DNA of 28,509 nucleotides from Polyangiales bacterium. GTDB lineage: Bacteria; Myxococcota_A; Polyangia; Polyangiales; Polyangiaceae. Positions 23,758 to 28,509 of the stretch are shown piece by piece. The notes below the pieces were generated by a model. That model searched no databases, was not told the origin of the DNA, and worked only from the letters and a program-made list of their open reading frames with translations. Position numbers and translations under genes: made by a program. The stretch covers positions 1 through 28,509 of the forward strand of contig JBBRNJ010000101.1 in NCBI GenBank assembly GCA_038230375.1. The letters are read 5' to 3'. Position 1 is the stretch's first letter. Each line of letters opens with the position of its first letter.

Positions 23758-23882
23758 CCCGAGAACGTAAACACCGGCGGGCCCACCGCAACCCCGTTCC
23801 CTACCCACGCGGCTCGGGTATGCTCCTTCCCGCAAACACGTGCTGGGCGACGAACCCGTCGCACCCAAGGGAGTGGAAGACC

Positions 23883-24779
23883 ATGCAGATCGCGATTATC
23901 GGGCTCGGCAAGATGGGTGGGAACATGGTGAAGCGTCTGCTTCTCGGTGGCCACGAGGTCGTCGCGTACGATCGCGATGCCGCCGCCGTGGAGCGGCTGG
24001 TGAAAGAGGGCGCGAAGGGCGCCTCGTCGCTCGCGGACATCATCGCGAAGATGACCGGGCCGCGTGCGGTGTGGGTCATGGTCCCGTCGGGCGCGCCCAC
24101 GGAAGGCACCATCACCGAGCTCTCGAACCTGATGAGCGAAGGCGACATCGTCATCGACGGTGGCAACTCGAACTTCCGCGACTCGATCCGTCACTCGGAG
24201 GAGCTCGCAAAGAAGAAGCTTCGCTTCCTGGACGCCGGGACGTCCGGCGGCATCTGGGGCCTCGAGGTCGGTTACTGCCTCATGGTCGGCGGTGATCCCA
24301 CCGCGTTCGAGCACGTGAAGCCGGCGCTCACCACGCTCGCCCCGAAGGACGGCCTTGGCTACTTCGGCAAGGCGGGCGCGGGGCACTTCGCGAAGATGGT
24401 CCACAACGGCATCGAGTATTCGATGATGCAGGCCTACGGCGAAGGCTTCGAGCTGATGAAGGCCACGGAGTACAACTACGATCTGCGCGCCGTCACCAAG
24501 GTGTGGAACCGCGGCTCCGTCGTTCGCAGCTGGCTCCTCGAGCTCGCAGAGAAGGCGTTCAACGAAGATCCGGAGCTCGCGGGCCTGAAGGCCTTCGTCG
24601 AGGACTCTGGCGAGGGTCGCTGGACGGTGGAGGAGGCGATCACCCACCGCGTCGCGGTGCCGACCATCGCTGCTTCGCTCTTCGCGCGCTTCTCGTCGCG
24701 AAAAGACAATTCGTTCGGTCTGCGCGTCGTCGCCGCGCTCCGCAACCAGTTCGGCGGCCACGCGGTGAAGAAATCGTGA
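23883..24779 (+). CDS. gnd: 6-phosphogluconate dehydrogenase, decarboxylating (short YqeC/GntZ type, 298 aa)
   Basis: IGLGKMG, IDGGNS, DAGTSGG, GHFAKMVHNGIEY, DSGEGRWT and LRNQFGGH. Confidence 0.96.
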   Translation: MQIAIIGLGKMGGNMVKRLLLGGHEVVAYDRDAAAVERLVKEGAKGASSLADIIAKMTGPRAVWVMVPSGAPTEGTITELSNLMSEGDIVIDGGNSNFRDSIRHSEELAKKKLRFLDAGTSGGIWGLEVGYCLMVGGDPTAFEHVKPALTTLAPKDGLGYFGKAGAGHFAKMVHNGIEYSMMQAYGEGFELMKATEYNYDLRAVTKVWNRGSVVRSWLLELAEKAFNEDPELAGLKAFVEDSGEGRWTVEEAITHRVAVPTIAASLFARFSSRKDNSFGLRVVAALRNQFGGHAVKKS

Positions 24780-26314
24780 GCAACCCCCTGCGCAAGGGCC
24801 TCGTGGAGGAGCGGACAGCCGCCGCGTGTGCGGTTGTGATCTTCGGTGCGTCGGGAGACCTGACGCGCCGAAAGCTCATGCCTGCGCTCTACAACATGGC
24901 CATCTCCCGCTCGTTACCGAGCGGCTTCGCCGTCGTAGGCGTCGCGCGCAGGGAGAAGAGCCACGATGCTTTCAGAGCGGAGATGAAGGAAGGCGTCTCG
25001 AAGTTCTCGCGGCGCAAGCCGGTCGACGCCACGCTGTGGGAGGACTTCGAGCGCGGCATCTCGTACGTCGCCGGCACCTTCGAGGCGAAGGAGACGTACG
25101 AGCGGCTGCGCGAGCACCTGGAGCAGCTGGACAAGGAGCGTGGCACGCAACAGAACCGCCTGTTCTACCTGGCCGTTCCGCCCAGTGAGTTCCGGGCGAT
25201 CGTGACGGGGCTCCAGGGTGCGAGCCTGGTGCAGCCTGCCTCGCGCGAGCGCGAAGGCGGGCCGTTCTCGCGCATCGTCATCGAGAAGCCCTTCGGTCAC
25301 GACCTCGCGAGCGCACGCGAATTGAACGACACGATCGGCAGCACGTTCGACGAGTCGCAGGCGTTCCGCATCGACCATTACCTGGGTAAGGAGACCGTCC
25401 AGAACCTCCTTGTCTTTCGCTTCGCGAACAGCCTGTTCGAGCCCATGTGGAACCGCGAGCACGTCGACCACGTGCAGATCACCGTGGCCGAGGAGATCGG
25501 CGTCGAGGGCCGCGGTAAGTTCTACGAACAGACCGGCGTCACGAAGGACATCGTCGAGAACCACCTGATGCAGCTGCTCTGCCTCACCGCGATGGAGCCG
25601 CCCATCTCACTCGCAGCGGACGCCGTGCGCGACGAGAAGGTGAAGGTCCTCAAATCGCTGCGCCGCATGGAGCGCGGTCTGGTGCAGCAGAACGTGATCC
25701 GCGGCCAGTACGCGCGCGGCATCGTCCGTGGCGACGAGGTGCCTGCCTATCGCGAGGAGCCCGATGTCGCGAAGGACTCACGCGTCGAGACGTACGTCGC
25801 CATGCGCATGTTCGTGGACAACTGGCGCTGGGGCGGCGTTCCGTTCTACGTGCGTGCGGGCAAGCGCCTCGCGAAGCGCGTGACCGAGATCGCGATCCAG
25901 TTCAAGACCGTTCCGCACAAGCTGTTCTCTGCGCCGGACGGCGGCATCACCCCCAACGTGCTCACCATGCGCATCCAGCCGGACGAAGGCATCGCGCTAC
26001 GCTTCATCACGAAGGAGCCAGGGCAGCACACCGTCCTTCGCGATGTCGCGATGGACTTCCGCTACGGCACCGCGTTCGGCTCGAACACGCCCGAGGCATA
26101 CGAGCGCCTCCTGCTCGACGCGATGCGTGGCGACGCGACGCTGTTCACCAGGCGCGACGAGGTCGAGGAGCAATGGTCCTACATGGACGCGGTCTTCGAC
26201 GGATGGGGTGCAGAGGCCAATGCTCCCCCGCCCCTCTACGGCAGCGGCTCGTGGGGACCCGAGCAAGCTGACGATCTCCTGGCGCGGGACGGCCGGCGCT
26301 GGAGAAAGCCGTGA
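24776..26314 (+). CDS. zwf: Glucose-6-phosphate 1-dehydrogenase
   Basis: IFGASGDL, IEKPFG, RIDHYLGKE and PEAYERLL. GTG 24776 overlaps the gnd stop (GTGA). Confidence 0.98.
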   Translation: MSNPLRKGLVEERTAAACAVVIFGASGDLTRRKLMPALYNMAISRSLPSGFAVVGVARREKSHDAFRAEMKEGVSKFSRRKPVDATLWEDFERGISYVAGTFEAKETYERLREHLEQLDKERGTQQNRLFYLAVPPSEFRAIVTGLQGASLVQPASREREGGPFSRIVIEKPFGHDLASARELNDTIGSTFDESQAFRIDHYLGKETVQNLLVFRFANSLFEPMWNREHVDHVQITVAEEIGVEGRGKFYEQTGVTKDIVENHLMQLLCLTAMEPPISLAADAVRDEKVKVLKSLRRMERGLVQQNVIRGQYARGIVRGDEVPAYREEPDVAKDSRVETYVAMRMFVDNWRWGGVPFYVRAGKRLAKRVTEIAIQFKTVPHKLFSAPDGGITPNVLTMRIQPDEGIALRFITKEPGQHTVLRDVAMDFRYGTAFGSNTPEAYERLLLDAMRGDATLFTRRDEVEEQWSYMDAVFDGWGAEANAPPPLYGSGSWGPEQADDLLARDGRRWRKP

Positions 26315-27465
26315 CGTCGGACACCGCAGACACGTCCGGCACGTCGCCCACCGAGGCCCTTGCGAACATCGAGCGCGACCTGCGCGCGAGCTGGGCTCCG
26401 CCGACCGACGGCGCGCCGCCGAAGACGCGCGTGTGCACGATGAACCTGGTCGTGGTCGCCGCCACGCCGGAGCTCGCTGACCGCTACCTGCCGATCGCGG
26501 ACGAGGTCGCCAAGAGCTCGCTTGCCCGCGCCATCGTCGTTGCGCTCGCGCCCGACGATCCGAAGTCCGAGCTCACCGGCGAAGGCACCGCCATCTGCGG
26601 CGTCGACGAGGGACCTGACACATGCATCGAGCGCGTGCGGCTCTTCGCGAAGGGCAACATGTGCGCGCGCGTCGCCTCCACGGTGGAGGCGTTGCTCGTG
26701 CCGGAGATCCCCACCACGCTCGTGTGGCTCGGCAAGGTCTACGTCGACGACCCCGTGTTCATCTCGCTCGCGAAGGTCGCGCAACAGATCGTCACGGACA
26801 GCGAGTACACGTCCGTTGCGAACCTGATGCACCTGGCGCGCTGGTCGCGCGAGGCCGCGGATCGCCCGAAGATCGCCGACCTCGCGTGGACGCGCCTCGC
26901 CGGATGGCAGGATCTGGTCGCGCGCTTCTTCGACGATCCCAAGATGGAGCCGTTCGCGCAGAACGTCACGAAGCTCACGCTCCGGCAAGCGAGCGACAAG
27001 GGCGCGCGCCTTGGCTCGGAGGGCTCGTTGCTGCTCGGTTGGCTCGGCACGCGGCTCGGATGGAAGGCCTCACGCCTGGGCGGCGCGCTGCGCTTTCGCC
27101 GGCCCGACGGCACGAACATCGGCGTCGAGTTTGGCGTGACGCCGTATCCCGCGGGCGTCGCGCCGGCCACGCTTTCTTCAGTCACGCTCGTGGCGGAGCA
27201 TGACGGCCAGACGCTCGTCGGGTCGCTCGATCGCGATCTGGGCAGCGGCCTGGAGGACGCGACGAAGGACGCGGACGTGGTGATGTGGAAGCTCACCGTC
27301 GGCGATGCCCCCACCGCCATGCATCGGGTGCGCTTCGGCGCAAACAAGGGCGCCAAGTGGCTCGAACGAACCCTGCGCCGCCCCGCCGGTGACATGGCGA
27401 TGATGGAATCCGCGCAGTTTGCCGAGGACGCAGTCGAAGACGGCATCCTCTGCAACGGAAGTTGA
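26311..27465 (+). CDS. opcA: G6PDH assembly/activator protein OpcA
   Basis: Lies between zwf and pgl with a GTGA overlap. Motifs NLVVV, LLVPEIP..VW, DLAWTRL..W...A..FD and LLLGWL..RLGW. Confidence 0.92.
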   Translation: MTSDTADTSGTSPTEALANIERDLRASWAPPTDGAPPKTRVCTMNLVVVAATPELADRYLPIADEVAKSSLARAIVVALAPDDPKSELTGEGTAICGVDEGPDTCIERVRLFAKGNMCARVASTVEALLVPEIPTTLVWLGKVYVDDPVFISLAKVAQQIVTDSEYTSVANLMHLARWSREAADRPKIADLAWTRLAGWQDLVARFFDDPKMEPFAQNVTKLTLRQASDKGARLGSEGSLLLGWLGTRLGWKASRLGGALRFRRPDGTNIGVEFGVTPYPAGVAPATLSSVTLVAEHDGQTLVGSLDRDLGSGLEDATKDADVVMWKLTVGDAPTAMHRVRFGANKGAKWLERTLRRPAGDMAMMESAQFAEDAVEDGILCNGS

Positions 27466-27472
27466 GGAAAGC

Positions 27473-28216
27473 ATGAATACCAAGGTCGTCCCGGGCAGCC
27501 TGATCGCGGTCCCGGGCAAGGATGAAGTCTCCGCCGAGGCCGCCGACAGGATCGAGCGGGGCCTGGTCGATGCAATACGCAATCGCGGGAGCGCCGTGAT
27601 CGCCCTCTCCGGCGGCAACACGCCGAAGGACACGTACGCGCGACTGGCGAAGCGCACGCTCGACTGGTCGAAGATCCTCTGGGTCTTCGTGGACGAGCGC
27701 GCCGTGCCCCCCACGAGCGACCGCTCCAACTTCCACATGGTGAACGAGGTGCTGTTTCAGCCCGCAAAGATCCCCGCGGACACCATCCTGCGCATGCAAG
27801 GCGAGGCCAAGGATCTCGACGCAGAGGCCACCCGCTACGAGGCCGAGCTCCGCGCGAAGGTGCGCCTCAAGAAGGAGGGGCAGCCCAACATCGACATCGT
27901 GATCCTGGGCATCGGCGATGACGGGCACACCGCGTCGCTCTTCCCCGGCGAAGACACTGTGAAGATCACCGACAAGCTGGTCGCAGCCGTCCCCGCGAAG
28001 GGCGAACGCGAGGCTCGCCTCACGATGACCGTGCCCATCCTCGAGATGGCGCGCGCGACCTTCATTCTCGCCGTGGGCGCGGCCAAGCACGAGCCCCTGG
28101 AACGTGTGTGGCGCGTCGGAGGCGACGTCTCCGCCACCCCCGCGCGCATCGTGAAGAACTACCGCGGCTCCGTCACCTGGATCATCGACCGAGCGGCGGG
28201 CGGCCTCGCAGGCTGA
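27473..28216 (+). CDS. pgl: 6-phosphogluconolactonase (DevB type)
   Basis: ALSGGNTP, VDERAVP, SNF and LGIGDDGHTASLFP. GAGG SD before ATG 27473. Confidence 0.96.
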   Translation: MNTKVVPGSLIAVPGKDEVSAEAADRIERGLVDAIRNRGSAVIALSGGNTPKDTYARLAKRTLDWSKILWVFVDERAVPPTSDRSNFHMVNEVLFQPAKIPADTILRMQGEAKDLDAEATRYEAELRAKVRLKKEGQPNIDIVILGIGDDGHTASLFPGEDTVKITDKLVAAVPAKGEREARLTMTVPILEMARATFILAVGAAKHEPLERVWRVGGDVSATPARIVKNYRGSVTWIIDRAAGGLAG

Positions 28217-28237
28217 GAATCCACCCGCCCGTCGGGT

Positions 28238-28509
28238 CTACCCGAGGGACTTCGCAGCTTCGACGACCTTCTCGGCGGTCATGTTGAGGGCCTTCATGAC
28301 CTCGCCGCCTGGCGCGGAGATGCCGAAGCGGTCAATGCCAACGATCGCGCCGTCCAGGCCTACGTAGCGGGTCCACGTGGCGGTGACGGTCGCCTCGATC
28401 GCGACGCGCTTGCGGCACGACTTCGGGAGCACCTCGTCCTTGTAGGCCTGCGGCTGCTTGTCGAAGCGCGCGAAGCACGGCATCGACACGACGCGTGTGC
28501 CCTTGCCGA
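28238..28509 (-). CDS. tkt: Transketolase, C-terminal fragment (truncated by window edge)
   Basis: RVVSMPC...F..Q...Y...VLP...RVAIEA...W..YVG...GIDRFG.SAPG. Confidence 0.92.
   Translation of the reverse strand, partial: GKGTRVVSMPCFARFDKQPQAYKDEVLPKSCRKRVAIEATVTATWTRYVGLDGAIVGIDRFGISAPGGEVMKALNMTAEKVVEAAKSLG

Noticed and set aside
1..28509. Mobile element, prophage, tRNA or rRNA
   Set aside because: No transposase, integrase, phage structural gene or RNA gene signature was seen, and no obvious compositional break.

Overview
High-GC (roughly two-thirds G+C by eye) chromosomal window that looks myxobacterial (Sorangiineae/Polyangiaceae-like). This is inferred from the kinase-NTPase-TPR protein, the FecR-VIT-vWA protein, the many D/E-x-G-rich lipoproteins and the sigma54-type promoter motifs. 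Central metabolism flanks the window: the glyoxylate shunt (aceB partial, aceA) on the left, and the oxidative pentose phosphate cluster (gnd-zwf-opcA-pgl plus a convergent partial tkt) on the right. The ~21 kb between is accessory. It holds a thioredoxin lipoprotein, fabH, a 7.6 kb stretch with six predicted lipoproteins and a PilZ protein, a TerB-like protein, an unannotated 53-aa basic ORF, a STAND-type Ser/Thr kinase, an FA2H-like hydroxylase, MarR, a FecR-VIT-vWA-TPR protein, an orphan DUF433 gene and a KGG stress protein. I found no rRNA, tRNA, CRISPR array, transposase or integrase, and no clearly bounded novel operon-level system. The best leads are: (i) a recurrent leaderless promoter architecture (TAnnnT 6-9 nt before the start codon in 8 accessory genes, and sigma54 motifs exactly 13 nt before the start in 2 more); (ii) a trypsin-fold lipoprotein with Thr in place of the catalytic Ser; (iii) a two-domain cytochrome c lipoprotein with a CX6CH motif; (iv) the hidden small basic ORF. 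All calls come from reading motifs by eye; no database searches were run.
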